This document shows, in pieces, positions 1 through 10,074 of a stretch of 64,000 bases of DNA; positions within the stretch are counted from its first letter, which is position 1; every line of letters starts with the position of its first letter. The DNA comes from Phaeosaccion multiseriatum (Eukaryota; Protista; Ochrophyta, other classes). The position numbers were made by a program, and so were the translations under genes. The notes beneath the pieces were generated by a model that saw only the letters and a list, made by a program, of their open reading frames with translations, was not told the origin of the DNA and made no database searches. The stretch spans positions 4,030,001 through 4,094,000 of the forward strand of contig OZ218951.1 of NCBI GenBank assembly GCA_965112735.1, written 5' to 3'.

Positions 1-141
1 TATCTCTGGCCGTGTGCGGTCTGAAGAGTATCTTTCTTCTCGATTGCGTTGTGTGCATTCGTCTGGTGTAATTCTGTAGTCTTTCCGCGCTCCTTTTCGG
101 TCATCTTCTGACCCACTCGATCCATTGCTTCCTCTCCGCAG

Positions 142-285
142 TTCACGTGCATTATGAGCCTGCTCCTCTACGCGGCCACGTTTGCGCTGGTAAGTCTGGT
201 ATCTGTCTGACTGTCAGTCTGACTGTCGATCAGCCTATCTGTCTGTCTGTCTGTATGTATGTCTGTCTGCCAGTCACTCTGTCTA

Positions 286-316
<31 letters not shown>

Positions 317-317
317 T

Positions 318-364
<47 letters not shown>

Positions 365-381
365 GCCTGTCTGCCAGTCAC

Positions 382-428
<47 letters not shown>

Positions 429-936
429 GAATGTATGTCTGTCTGTCTGTCCGGCGCGTATCTGATCTGTTCTGTGGCCTGAGCTGCCTACTGCCTGCTG
501 CCTGCTGCGCATCTGCCTGAGTAGGTAGAGTTTCGTTTGGAAGGCCAACGTGGTGCTCTGCTGGCCAACGTGGCGCTCTGAAGGCCAACGTGGTGCTCTG
601 CTGGCCGGGGTTGTTGCCTGCTCAGCCCCATGCTTCTCCTCTCCGTGTTCTGTCCAACCAATGGCGTGAAGTGGAACCAAATGAAGCCCTCTCCCTTTAT
701 CACCATACGTCCATTTCATCTCTTTGCACCACCCCCTCCCCCCCCCCCTCTCCCCCTCCCTGCTCCTCCAGGACTTGCGGTGTGAGCTCCAAACGCTCCG
801 CAACACCCCACAGACAGTGGGCAAGATGCTGAGCCTTGCGCAGGAGAGGCGACGGGCGGTGTCAGCAGCCAAGAGGGCGGCCAAGCGGGAGGGAGGGGTG
901 GCGACGCACGAGAATGGCACCTCGAACACGCCGTAG
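142..936 (+). CDS. 3' exons of an unidentified gene entering from upstream (exons 142-189, 772-936)
   Basis: ccgcag| acceptor at 141, |gtaagt donor at 190, ctccag| acceptor at 771. Joined frame reads [27 protein letters not shown]...NTP*. No family recognised. Confidence 0.45.
232..450. repeat. (TCTG)n microsatellite, intronic
   Basis: Direct reading of the sequence. Confidence 0.95.
543..606. repeat. 20-bp tandem repeat x3 (ggccaacgtggtgctctgct)
   Basis: Three near-identical consecutive units. Confidence 0.9.
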
Positions 937-1043
937 CGAGCAGCAGGCGAACGCAAAAAGTGGAGACATCTGAGTGCTACTCGACACACGCACACGCACA
1001 CACACTCTCTCTCTCCATCTCATTGAAGTAATTGAGGCGAAAG

Positions 1044-1298
1044 ACCCTCCCTCCCCCCTTCTCTTCCCTCCGTCTCTCTCTCGCCTCCCTCTCTCCCTCC
1101 CTCGATCCATCCCTCTATCCATCCCTCCCTCCCTCCCTCCCTCTCTCTCTCCCTCCTTCCCTCCCGGTGGGGGCTGCCGAAGCGGGCTCGATGGGAGGGG
1201 AGGCGGCACGCTCTTGACTTCGAGAAAGACTTTGTTTTTTTACCGCCTCCAGGGAGCGAGCGCTAACGCCGAGAAAGCTCCTTGACTGACACCCACCC
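1044..1298. mobile_element. Interspersed repeat copy 1: CT-rich tract plus ~140-bp conserved end terminating ...ttgactgacacccaccc; probable solo transposon end
   Basis: 1159-1298 aligns closely with 6518-6684; both stop at the same base; this copy abuts the truncated NRT2. No second end or TSD found. Confidence 0.6.
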
Positions 1299-4200
1299 CG
1301 GACTCGTGAACAACGCCGTAGACCTCGCCGTGGTGCGCTTCTTTGTGGGCATTATGGGTGCCGTGTTTGTGGCCACCCAGTCGTGGTGCTCGCAGATGTT
1401 CGCCAAGGAGGTGGTCGGAACCGCCAACGCCATTTCGGGAGGCTGGGGCAACCTGGGAGGAGGTGTGACCCAGCTGTTCATGGTGGCCCTGTGGAATGGG
1501 TTCAAGACTAGTATGGGAGACGAGGCGGCGTGGAGAATCTCCTTTGTCGTGCCCGCCACCATGTGCATCTGTGTCGCCTTCCTCACCCTGTCCGTCGCCG
1601 ACGACTGCCCCAAGGGAAACTTTAAGGACCTGATTCGCGAGGGCAGCATGCAGCGCAAGTCGTCCAAGGCCTCCGCCAAGGTGGCGTGGTCGAACCTCAA
1701 CTCCTGGATCATGTTTGTGCAGTACGCGGCCTGCTTCGGCGTCGAGCTCACCATGAACAACACGGCATCCTCCTACTTCAAGGACGACTTTGGTCTCACC
1801 ACCTCCGAGGCTGGGGTCATTGCGTCGCTCTTTGGCCTCATGAACATCTTTGCGCGAGCGTGGGGAGGCATACTGTCCGACTTCTTCAACACCAAGTTCG
1901 GTGGCGGACAGACGGGCATGCGCGGACGGCTCATCGCTCAGATGCTCTGCCTTCTCGGAGAGGGCCTCATGCTCATCACCTTCGCGCAGCAGAGGAAGCT
2001 CGAAAATGCCATTGCGGTGCTCGTCTTCTTCTCCCTCTTCACGCAAGCGGCAGAGGGGTCCTCCTTCGGCATTGTGCCCTACATTTCACCAGACAACACA
2101 GGTGCTGTGTCGGGTATCGTGGGAGCCGGAGGCAACACGGGCGCCGTCATGTGGGGGCTGATCTTCCGATTCGGGCCCTCTTCCAAGGCGGATGTGTATG
2201 AGATCCTTGGCTACATTGTTGTCGCCTCTGTTGCCCTCGTGCCTATGGTCAAGATCAAGGGCTACGCAACCATTTTCCAGGCCCCGCAGGGTGAGCCCGA
2301 GAACCTGGATGTGATTTAACTCGGCGCCTTGGGAGAATGAATAGGCAGCTTGTGTATGCTTTCGGTCGATATGCCCCTCTGGCGATACCGACACGAAAGC
2401 ACTTACGCAGCGAACGGATATGATTTTGCCCGTTTCGTCCACTAGGGGGGTCCTGGGTGTATTTCGGTTTGGGATATGTAGGAGGGGGTGCTTGCAATAT
2501 GCTAACCTGAAGCTCGGGCAGCAGCAGACTTTTTGTCTTTGTGGGGCCCAGGCACTTCCAGAACATGACCCGCATATCACATATATAATGTATTCACAGA
2601 GAATACTTCCTGCTCAAGTCTCATCAGAGTCACCGCAAAGCGTCGTGCGTCAGTCATGTGTCACTGATACGATTCAATACTATCGATCTACCTATCTACT
2701 TCCGCTGTGTGGAAGACACTGAATTGTATGGAAGACTCAACTCACGTCCGCGCGCGCAGGCCATTCGCCGCTGCTCGTGTGTGCATTGTAGAGACAGGGA
2801 CAGAAGGGTCCAGGGATATCGTCCAGGGCCCAGTGCGACAACGACAACCGAGGTTTCCGTGCTGAGATGAAAGTGTGCCTGCCACTTGAGGCATCAGAGC
2901 CGCCGCGAGCACTTCTCCCGCAGACCGTGTTGCCGCCTCCACACACTTGGATACGACTCTGTCGGTCACGCTGCTGGAGAACCACCGACCGAGGCAGCCC
3001 GCCCCCAGTCTTGCATCACTCAGTCTATTACACGGCCGCCGTGACTGCCGTTGGTGGAGACGTGTTCAATACACGAGCAAGCGCGCTCCCTTGAGGTACT
3101 TTCTCGCCATGGCTTGCCCCTCCACAGTCGGCTGAGAGAAGGCCATTTTGCTCGCGGGGACGCTGAACCCAAAGACGAACTTGCTCCTCACCACGTCGAG
3201 CAATCGGGTGGCAATGCCTCGCTTGTAATGGCCCTGATGCACCCACATTTGGTGAATTCCCAACACGACAGTGTGCGGTTCGCGCCCGCGTTGCATGCTT
3301 TCGAAAGGGAGGGGGGGTGGAGGAGCCTGAGAGGCGTGGCGAGAGAGAGATGGGGACGGGGACGGGGGCGCAGTCAAGCCCTTGTGCTGCTGACCCCCCT
3401 CCGCCCCAACAGCGTCTTTCTCCTTCTCCTCTTGCCCGTCGCTGCCTGGCGTTTCCTCTTGCTCCTGTCCTACGATGATGGTAGAAGCATTGGTGTCCTT
3501 TTTCTCCTTTGCTGGGGTGGTGGAAGCATGGGTGAAGCCCGACAACATCTCAAAGGCCTCCTGCATGGGCTCAGCAGTCACGCAGCCGATCACGCGCTTC
3601 CCTTCGATGTAGAGGAAGGCTCTGCGCCCCTTGGCTGCGGCCGTCCCTTCTGGCTCCGGTGCGAAGCCCATGTCTGCATCCATCAGCTTCTTCACCTCTG
3701 CCAACTTGGCCAAGTGAGTCGCAGGGTCGCCGGCTCGAATCTCAATCACCCTCGCCTCAGAAACTCGAGTAGCCTCGCTCCCGTTGCTCCTGTTGCGGCT
3801 CTTCCAGCTCTTGCTCTTGCAACTACTGATACTGCTGCTCGAGCTGAGGAGACTGAGGGATTGCTGCTCCCCAAACACAGCGACGACGCGCTCCTGCTTC
3901 CAGCCCCCAAACTCCACCCCGTTCACCGCCGTCTTGCAAAACGCCACGTGATGGGAATCATCGCCTGCCGCCCCGGGCACATACAGCAATCCGCACTTGT
4001 CGCAGAGCACCCGCCTCCCAAAGCTGGCTTGGCCAAAGTCCAAAAAGGTCTGCTCCTTTGCGCGCCCCCCTGCTCCTCCGCTTGCTGGGGGGAGTGCGGC
4101 GGCTCCTGCCATCAATGCCGGGGTCTCGTTCTTCCTCTTCACATTGCTCTCATGCACACTTGCTATGGGCGCCCTTAAGCTACTGCTACTGCTCCTCACC

Positions 4201-4746
4201 TTGCCCCCAGCGGACCCCCATCCAGGCTTCAGCGGCACGGCCCCTGCTGGTCCAGAGTCTCGTTGCCGCTTGCCCGCCTTCTGCCAATCCCACTGCAACT
4301 GTAGGCCTTTTCTCTTGCCCGGCGCTGCCGCGGAGGAAGTCAGACGAGAACTCTGCTGCTGCTCCTGCTGCTGCTTGGTCTTTGATGACGAGGAACGCGG
4401 AGGCGGGGAAGGAGCGCAGCTCTGCAACGAGTCTAGTGGCACGCTTGCAATGATCTTTTCGTGCCTCCGCCGCAGCTCTTCATCTCTGCGGAGCAGCTGC
4501 ATCGCGGCCACGCGCGCCTCCCCCAGCCTCCCCCCCCGCTTCCTGCTGATGTCGCCGTCCCTGTCCTCATTCTCCTCCCCCTCCCCCCACCCCGTCACCT
4601 GGCTTCCCACATTGGCGGGATTTCTCGGCCACTTGGCCTCCCCCAACAGGTGCTCATCCTCCTCCTGCTGCTCATCCCCTTCCTGCTGCCGAGCTACCGC
4701 CTTCGCCCTCCTCCTAACCTTCCCCCCGTACGTCTTGAGCCCCATC
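1298..4746. repeat. Left arm of 3.45-kb inverted duplication
   Basis: Reverse complement of 10432-13894 apart from scattered substitutions and one 14-bp indel (3449 vs 3463 bp). Confidence 0.97.
1299..2319 (+). pseudogene. NRT2: 5'-truncated NRT2 nitrate transporter copy (lacks ~120 N-terminal residues, exon 1 and promoter)
   Basis: Near-identical to the C-terminal ~340 aa of the intact copy. The TTG 'start' at 1282 lies inside the repeat and there is an in-frame TAA at 1264. No internal stops. Confidence 0.8.
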
Positions 4747-4748
4747 AT
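3066..4748 (-). CDS. ECO1: Cohesin acetyltransferase ECO1/CTF7/ESCO, copy 1 (intronless)
   Basis: PIP-like QTFLDFGQ, C2H2-type finger CDKCGLLY...HHVAFC, GNAT core GIHQMWV...RGIATRLLD...AFSQPTVEG. Confidence 0.93.
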   Translation of the reverse strand: MMGLKTYGGKVRRRAKAVARQQEGDEQQEEDEHLLGEAKWPRNPANVGSQVTGWGEGEENEDRDGDISRKRGGRLGEARVAAMQLLRRDEELRRRHEKIIASVPLDSLQSCAPSPPPRSSSSKTKQQQEQQQSSRLTSSAAAPGKRKGLQLQWDWQKAGKRQRDSGPAGAVPLKPGWGSAGGKVRSSSSSLRAPIASVHESNVKRKNETPALMAGAAALPPASGGAGGRAKEQTFLDFGQASFGRRVLCDKCGLLYVPGAAGDDSHHVAFCKTAVNGVEFGGWKQERVVAVFGEQQSLSLLSSSSSISSCKSKSWKSRNRSNGSEATRVSEARVIEIRAGDPATHLAKLAEVKKLMDADMGFAPEPEGTAAAKGRRAFLYIEGKRVIGCVTAEPMQEAFEMLSGFTHASTTPAKEKKDTNASTIIVGQEQEETPGSDGQEEKEKDAVGAEGGQQHKGLTAPPSPSPSLSRHASQAPPPPLPFESMQRGREPHTVVLGIHQMWVHQGHYKRGIATRLLDVVRSKFVFGFSVPASKMAFSQPTVEGQAMARKYLKGARLLVY

Positions 4749-4815
4749 CCTTTTTTTTCTTTTTCTTCCCGCCGAACCAACCTTGGCCGAACTGCCGCTC
4801 CGTTCGTAGTATTAT

Positions 4816-4831
4816 TGCGTCGCCATCTGAG
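4816..4831 (-). promoter_or_regulatory. 16-bp motif CTCAGATGGCGACGCA upstream of ECO1 copy 1, within the ECO1/PDI bidirectional promoter
   Basis: Identical 16-mer at 10348-10363 at almost the same distance from the other ECO1 copy. Confidence 0.5.
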
Positions 4832-4908
4832 AATCGAAGCTATTTCTTCTGCTGCTGCTGTTAGCTGTACTTTTGCTTCACTTTCGCTTTACTCAAAGCG
4901 TGGTGCCA

Positions 4909-7900
4909 ATGCTCTCCCTCCTCTGCAGACTGCTCGTCCTTTTGGGAGCGGTTGCGGTCTTCTCGGCAGCGGCAGGCCTCGAGGAACCTGGTGAGTCAAC
5001 GCGGCACACAAATCCCAAGAGAAGTCAACGGAAGTAAAGGGTGAAGGCGAGAAGCAGGAAGCCGTGCATGAGGGGCTGGCGTTGGATCTGGATGCAGCTG
5101 CAGGAGCTGTGTATCGCTGCTGCCATTCGCATTCACTAATTCTTCGTTACCCCTGACTGTTTGTTCTCTTCGTTTTACAGCCGACTCCCACGTGATTGTA
5201 CTCGATGACAAGAGCTTCGACAGCACAGTGGCAGAGCATAAATTCCTCTTGGTGGAGTTCTATGCACCATGGTAAGGTTGCACCTCAGGGCAAGCTGCTG
5301 GAGGAGGTGGATTGTCGTGCTAACTAACTTGCCCTTGATATCTTCCATCCCTCTGCTTTAACCATCCTGCACACCTTTTCTGTTGCTCCTGCCGATGCGC
5401 TTGGATGGCTCCATATCTAGGGTGAGTACCAGCAAGAAGTATGATGGGAGGGCCCCCTACTGGGCACCTCAATGCCTTATCCTTTCCGAATCCTCATTGT
5501 CTTCTCTCGCCTGCACTCCTCCTTTCTCTCTCTCAGTGCGGGCACTGCAAAAGGCTACACCCAGGTAAGGCGAAGAGTGACAAAGCTCCTACCCCCTTTA
5601 CTTGAGCAACCCAACCTCAACCCCAAGCCCACACCACTCTCTCCTCGCTCCTATGCTGCTGCTCCTACTTGCTCCTGACCCCCCACAGAGTACACTGAGG
5701 CCGCTGCCACACTCAAGAAGAGCCATCCCGACATTCGACTCGCAAAGATGGACGTTACGGAACCCGAGCACAAGGTAAGGAGACATGCTTCCCTTCCTTC
5801 TTCTTTGGCCTTGTGTCCTGCGCTTGTACGGAGGGGGTTGGGGGGAGGGGGAGAGATGCTCTGTTCTTTATATATCTCTGGGGTAGTAGCTGGTCCAAAT
5901 ACAACAAAGTGAGGAACAAATTGAGTTCAATATTGCATTCGCAATGAGCAATGAAGCAAGCTTAGTCTTTGTCGTCCTATCCCGCCCCACCCCACCCCTC
6001 CCCCCTCTCCTTCTCCCTCGTGGATGATGCAGCCTGTGGCCAGCAAGTACGGCGTGACGCACCTGCCCACACTCAAGCTGTTCAGGGGAGACGTAGAAAA
6101 GATGGAGGACTACAAGGGCCCGCGCACTGCCAGCGGTATTGTGGACCACTTGGATGCTGTCTTTAATGGTGAGGGTGGCGTTTGGACGCTGTCTTTCATG
6201 GTGCGGTGGCTGGTCTCCCCTCCTCCCTCCCTCCCTCGCCCCCCCCCCCCCTCCCTCTCTCTCCCCTCCCTCCCTCCCTCCCTCCCTCCCTCCCTCCCTC
6301 CCTCCCTCCCTCCCTCCCTCCCCCCCCCTCCCCCTCTCTCTCTCCCTCCCTCGCCTCCCTCCCTCTTCTCTCCCCCTCGCGCCCCTCCCTCTCTCCTTTC
6401 CCTCCTTCGCCCCCCATCCCTCCCTCCCTCCTTCCTTCCTTCTCTTCCCTCCCTCTCTCCCTCGCCTCTCTCCCCTCTCGCGTCCCTTCTATCTATCCCT
6501 TCCTTGCCTCCCTCCCTCCCTCCCGGTGGGCGCTGCCGAAGCGGGCTCGATGGGAAGGGAGGCGGCACGCTCTTGACTTCGAGAAAGTCTTTTGTTTTTA
6601 TACCGCCTCCAACGAGCGAGCGCTACCGCCGAGAAAGCTCCTTGACTGACACCGCCGAGAATGCTCCTTGACTGACACCCACCCGTGCTCCTCTCGTACT
6701 TGACAGGAAAGGATATCCCGAAGGCTGAGCCCAAGCCAGCGCCCAAGGCAAAACCAGCCCCAGCAGGCGAAGAGCCGGAGGACAGCAAGGTAACGGACAC
6801 TGTTCCCTCTCCAAACAATTACAAGAACTCAATTCAAGTACAATTAACCTTCGCGGAGGGGAGGGAGGGAGGGAAATGGGGGGGGGGGCTGGGGCTCATC
6901 TCCCCATTGGAATGGTGCTAATTCACCTCAACCCACCACCACACCCCCACTCCACACCGCCCCTTAGGCTGTCGTGCTGACCAATGACAACTTCGAGTCC
7001 ACCATCGCGGAGGGGAAACCCGTGCTCATCGACTTCTACGCGCCATGGTACGTACGTATTACTTACGTTGCAAGGTCCCAGGCACCCACGTCAGAGCCGT
7101 CTGGAGGAGAGATTGGGCTTTGTGGGTTCGTGCTGATTGTGGCCCTCTTGCTCCATGTACAGTGGTGTATCGCCCTCTTGCTCCATGTACAGTGGTGTAT
7201 CGCCCTCTTGCTCTATGTACAGTGGTGTATCGCCCTCTTGCTGGATGAAGAGTGGTCTATCTCTCCCCTCCCCTTGCTGATTTGGTACCCTGGTGCTGTA
7301 TGTGTAATGCTCCATCTCTTCCCCCTCCGCTTCTCCCCCTCTCCCTTCCTTCACAACCCCTCCTCCGCTGCTCTACTGATGGGCTCTTGGACGCACGACG
7401 TAATACATAGGGTGAGTATCGCCAACGGCAACGGCAAGGGCAAGGGCAAGGGCAAGGGCAAGGGCAAGGGCAGGGGGCGTTAGGATGCGATTACCTGACT
7501 TTCGTCTTTTTGAATTCCCAGATCAGACAACTGGGGTCCTGCCCCCTTCTCTCCCACCCTTGTCTTACTCCCTCACTTTTCTGTCCTAGTCGCTCATCGT
7601 GCGTTCGCAATTGCCTTCCACGTGTCCTTCCGCTGCCATCCCCTGTCCCTGTCTTGTCGTGTCTCCATTCTCTTCACTATTTCAAAATGTACCCCAATGT
7701 ACTTTATTCAGTGCGGCCACTGCAAGAAGCTCACGCCCGTCTTCACAGAGGCTGCGGCGGCTCTACACGAGGAGGGAGTGGCGGTTACGATGGCCATGTA
7801 CGACGCCACGCAGCCAGGCTCCGTATCCAGGAAGTACGGAGTCAAGGGCTACCCGAGTATGCTACTCTTTGCAGATGGCGACTCGGAGACCCCGGTGGTG

Positions 7901-8005
7901 AAGTACTCGCAGACCAGGAGTGTGGAAGCGATCAAGGCCTTCATGGTCGAGGCGGCCGCGGGGGGCATCAAGCGCCCCGAAGCCGATGCCAAGGAGGAGC
8001 TCTAG
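4909..8005 (+). CDS. PDI: ER protein disulfide isomerase with two WCGHC thioredoxin domains; exons 4909-4990, 5181-5271, 5421, 5537-5564, 5689-5774, 6033-6168, 6707-6789, 6968-7047, 7411, 7712-8005
   Basis: Signal peptide MLSLLCRLLVLLGAVAVFSAAA; FYAPW-CGHC twice; C-terminal KEEL ER retention signal. All junctions are GT-AG and phase-consistent only with the two 1-nt exons. Confidence 0.92.
5421..5421 (+). other. One-nucleotide exon (G) completing the Trp codon of the first WCGHC
   Basis: Upstream exon ends cca tg|gtaagg, downstream exon starts cag|tgc ggg cac tgc; internal atctag|g|gtgagta supplies the missing G. Confidence 0.85.
6415..6684. mobile_element. Interspersed repeat copy 2 inside PDI intron 6169-6706, with a 26-bp subterminal tandem duplication (6627-6652, 6653-6678)
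   Basis: Homologous to 1044-1298 in the same orientation; ends 22 nt before the end of the intron. Confidence 0.6.
7142..7256. repeat. 30-bp tandem repeat x~4 (gccctcttgctccatgtacagtggtgtatc) in PDI intron
   Basis: Direct reading; fourth unit degenerate. Confidence 0.9.
7411..7411 (+). other. One-nucleotide exon (G) completing the Trp codon of the second WCGHC
   Basis: Upstream exon ends cca tg|gtacgt, downstream exon starts cag|tgc ggc cac tgc; internal acatag|g|gtgagta supplies the missing G. Confidence 0.85.
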
Positions 8006-8324
8006 AGAATAGGCGTGCCAATCTGCCAAGGACTAGAGCTCTGCGGTAAAGATCAGGCTAAGATCAGCATGTAGTCTTTCTGCATCCGTCGTTATCTCTC
8101 TCATTACATACGTCATTTCACAACGCACACACGAGAGAGATGAAGCGGGAGTAAAGCAAACAGGGGCAAAGAGGGAATATTTTATTGACTTAATAGGAAT
8201 TGCAAACTTCACAGAATCCAAAGTACCACCAACACACAAAGAACATCGGGTGATTAGGTGATAACCATCACCATAATCACCCTTCCTCAAGTTCTTTCTT
8301 TTACCCTTATAGTACCACTTCCTC

Positions 8325-9170
8325 ATGGAGAAGGTGTTTTTGGCCTCCTCCCATTTCGCTGTGGTAGGAGCGAGCACATCTAGTAAGTGTGGGCGTTCAG
8401 ACCCCGTTACCTTGCTCCCTGCCTCTTACCTCCTCCCTCTCTGCCGAACTTTTTGCCACGTTTCGTAGGGGCCAAGTTCGGGAACAAGGTTCTGAGGTAA
8501 ACAAGTCTGGCAGAGGTGCGCTGACCCGAGACAAAGTTCCCTGACGACACATACGCTGCTTGCTTTCACAGATGTTACTTGCAAAATGGCAAGACGGTCA
8601 TCCCTATTAACCCGCGGGAGCCGAGCATTGAGGGGGTGGCTTGCATGGAAAATCTAACTAAGGCAGCAGCGCACTTTACTGAGGAGGACGTGGACTTGAA
8701 GGATGTAGGTATCTCAGTCGTAACCCCTCCTTCGGTGACCGCCGGCATCGTGGAGGAAGCGAGCAAGCTTGGCTTCTCGAGGCTCTGGCTTCAACCAGGA
8801 TCTGAGGTACGAGTCTTCTCATCGTGCTGGGCTACGCACTGGTCTTTTGACCCCGATTCTAAGCTTTTCAGAGAGCGTCACTTCCCTAACTATTCGCCCC
8901 ACGTGCTCAGGCCCTTGGCCCACAGTGACAGCGAGTGTGCGCCTCTGGGCGACTGAGCCCCAGCCGTTTCTCAAATGCCTGTGCTGCTGCTGCTTGGTGT
9001 TGCTGCTTTTTGCTGTGCTCTCCCACCTCTCCCCTACGTGCCCCCCCTCCCGTGCTCACTCACAGTCCGCAGAGGTGCTGTCCAAGGCCGCGGAGGGAGG
9101 TCTTGACGTCATCCAGGGAGAGCCATGCGTGCTGGTACACTTGGGGTTTGACGAAGAGAGCAAACTCTAG
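8325..9170 (+). CDS. CoA-binding (YccU-like Rossmann) protein with PTS1; exons ~8325-8382, 8469-8496, 8572-8806, 9066-9170 (an upstream exon is possible)
   Basis: FAVVGASTSRAKFGNKVLRCYLQNGKTVIPINP...SVVTPP...LWLQPGSE...PCVLV; ends SKL*; splice phases consistent. Confidence 0.8.
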
Positions 9171-9975
9171 CTTTAACCAACACATCTCGATGGGCTCCCT
9201 CCCTTGGTGGAGGAGTCTCTACTGTGCCTCCTCCCCCGTTAGTCACGCAGTCAAGCAGAAGAATAGAGCGTGGCAGGGAGCCGGGAACGAGGGGGAGTAG
9301 GGGGCGGGTGATTCAGGGAAGCCTCGCTCTCCGTCGATCTCCGGGCCGTTTTCCATCTGTTCCATCTGTTACATCTAAGAGCAGGCACACGGTTCTCTCG
9401 GCGGCCATAGCCCATGGACGAGGAAGCCTACAGGGCGGGCGACCATACTCGATACGAAATACGTGCAGTTGATATTGGGGATTAGCCTCAACGCCAGCGA
9501 ATCTGCCGCTTTTAACAATACACTATCGTACGGGTTGTTTGTTTAGTTGTGTGTGTGTGTGTGTGATGACATTCTGAATAGCGAAACGTCTAACCTCCAT
9601 CCATTCCCCGGGGCTCACGCTACTTGCTGCACGCAGCTTTACGCAGTCAGCCACGAGAGGCGGCCAATGCCGCACACACACACGGGGCAGGGTAGGGCAG
9701 GGTGGTAGAGTCGGCCCCTGACATGGTTCTGAGCGACCCTGCTTCCTGCTTCTGGGCTGGCCTGTCTCAGAAGCATGACAGTCAGGGGCCGAGAGGTAGT
9801 GAGGGAATTCATCGAGTGAGCAGGTCGGTAGGGGGTACAGAGCTCGCCCCCCCTTCCCCTTCTCCCTTCTGTGCCCGGCCTAGACTAGAAATGAAAGTGA
9901 GTGGTTTCTAAAGGGGGTGGGCCCGGGGGGGTTTGACTTAATAAGAATCACCTAAGAAACTGAAAGTGTGCATGT

Positions 9976-9978
<3 letters not shown>

Positions 9979-10072
<94 letters not shown>
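9979..10072. repeat. (GT)n microsatellite
   Basis: Direct reading. Confidence 0.97.

Positions 10073-10074
<2 letters not shown>

Noticed and set aside
147-588. ORFs of CLSV/TDRQ repeats (and similar PSFL, KEGR, poly-T/L/Y, CV ORFs at 16682-17328, 45165-46499, 55016-55589, 57558-59083)
   Set aside because: Translations of intronic microsatellites, not proteins.
3051-4809. Long antisense ORFs over ECO1 (375 and 270 aa, mirrored in the other arm)
   Set aside because: Shadow frames of a GC-rich CDS; their presence in both arms only reflects the duplication.
5272-5536. PDI as a frameshifted pseudogene or sequencing error at the WCGHC junctions
   Set aside because: The same one-base deficit occurs in both domains and each has an internal TAG|G|GTGAGTA that repairs it; signal peptide and KEEL are intact.
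6685-6706. VLLSYLT as the remnant of a deleted third thioredoxin domain
   Set aside because: It is the 3' end of intron 6169-6706; the ttgacag acceptor joins exons 6 and 7 in phase.
7142-7256. 30-bp repeats as a CRISPR array
   Set aside because: Head-to-tail units without unique spacers, inside a eukaryotic intron, no cas genes.
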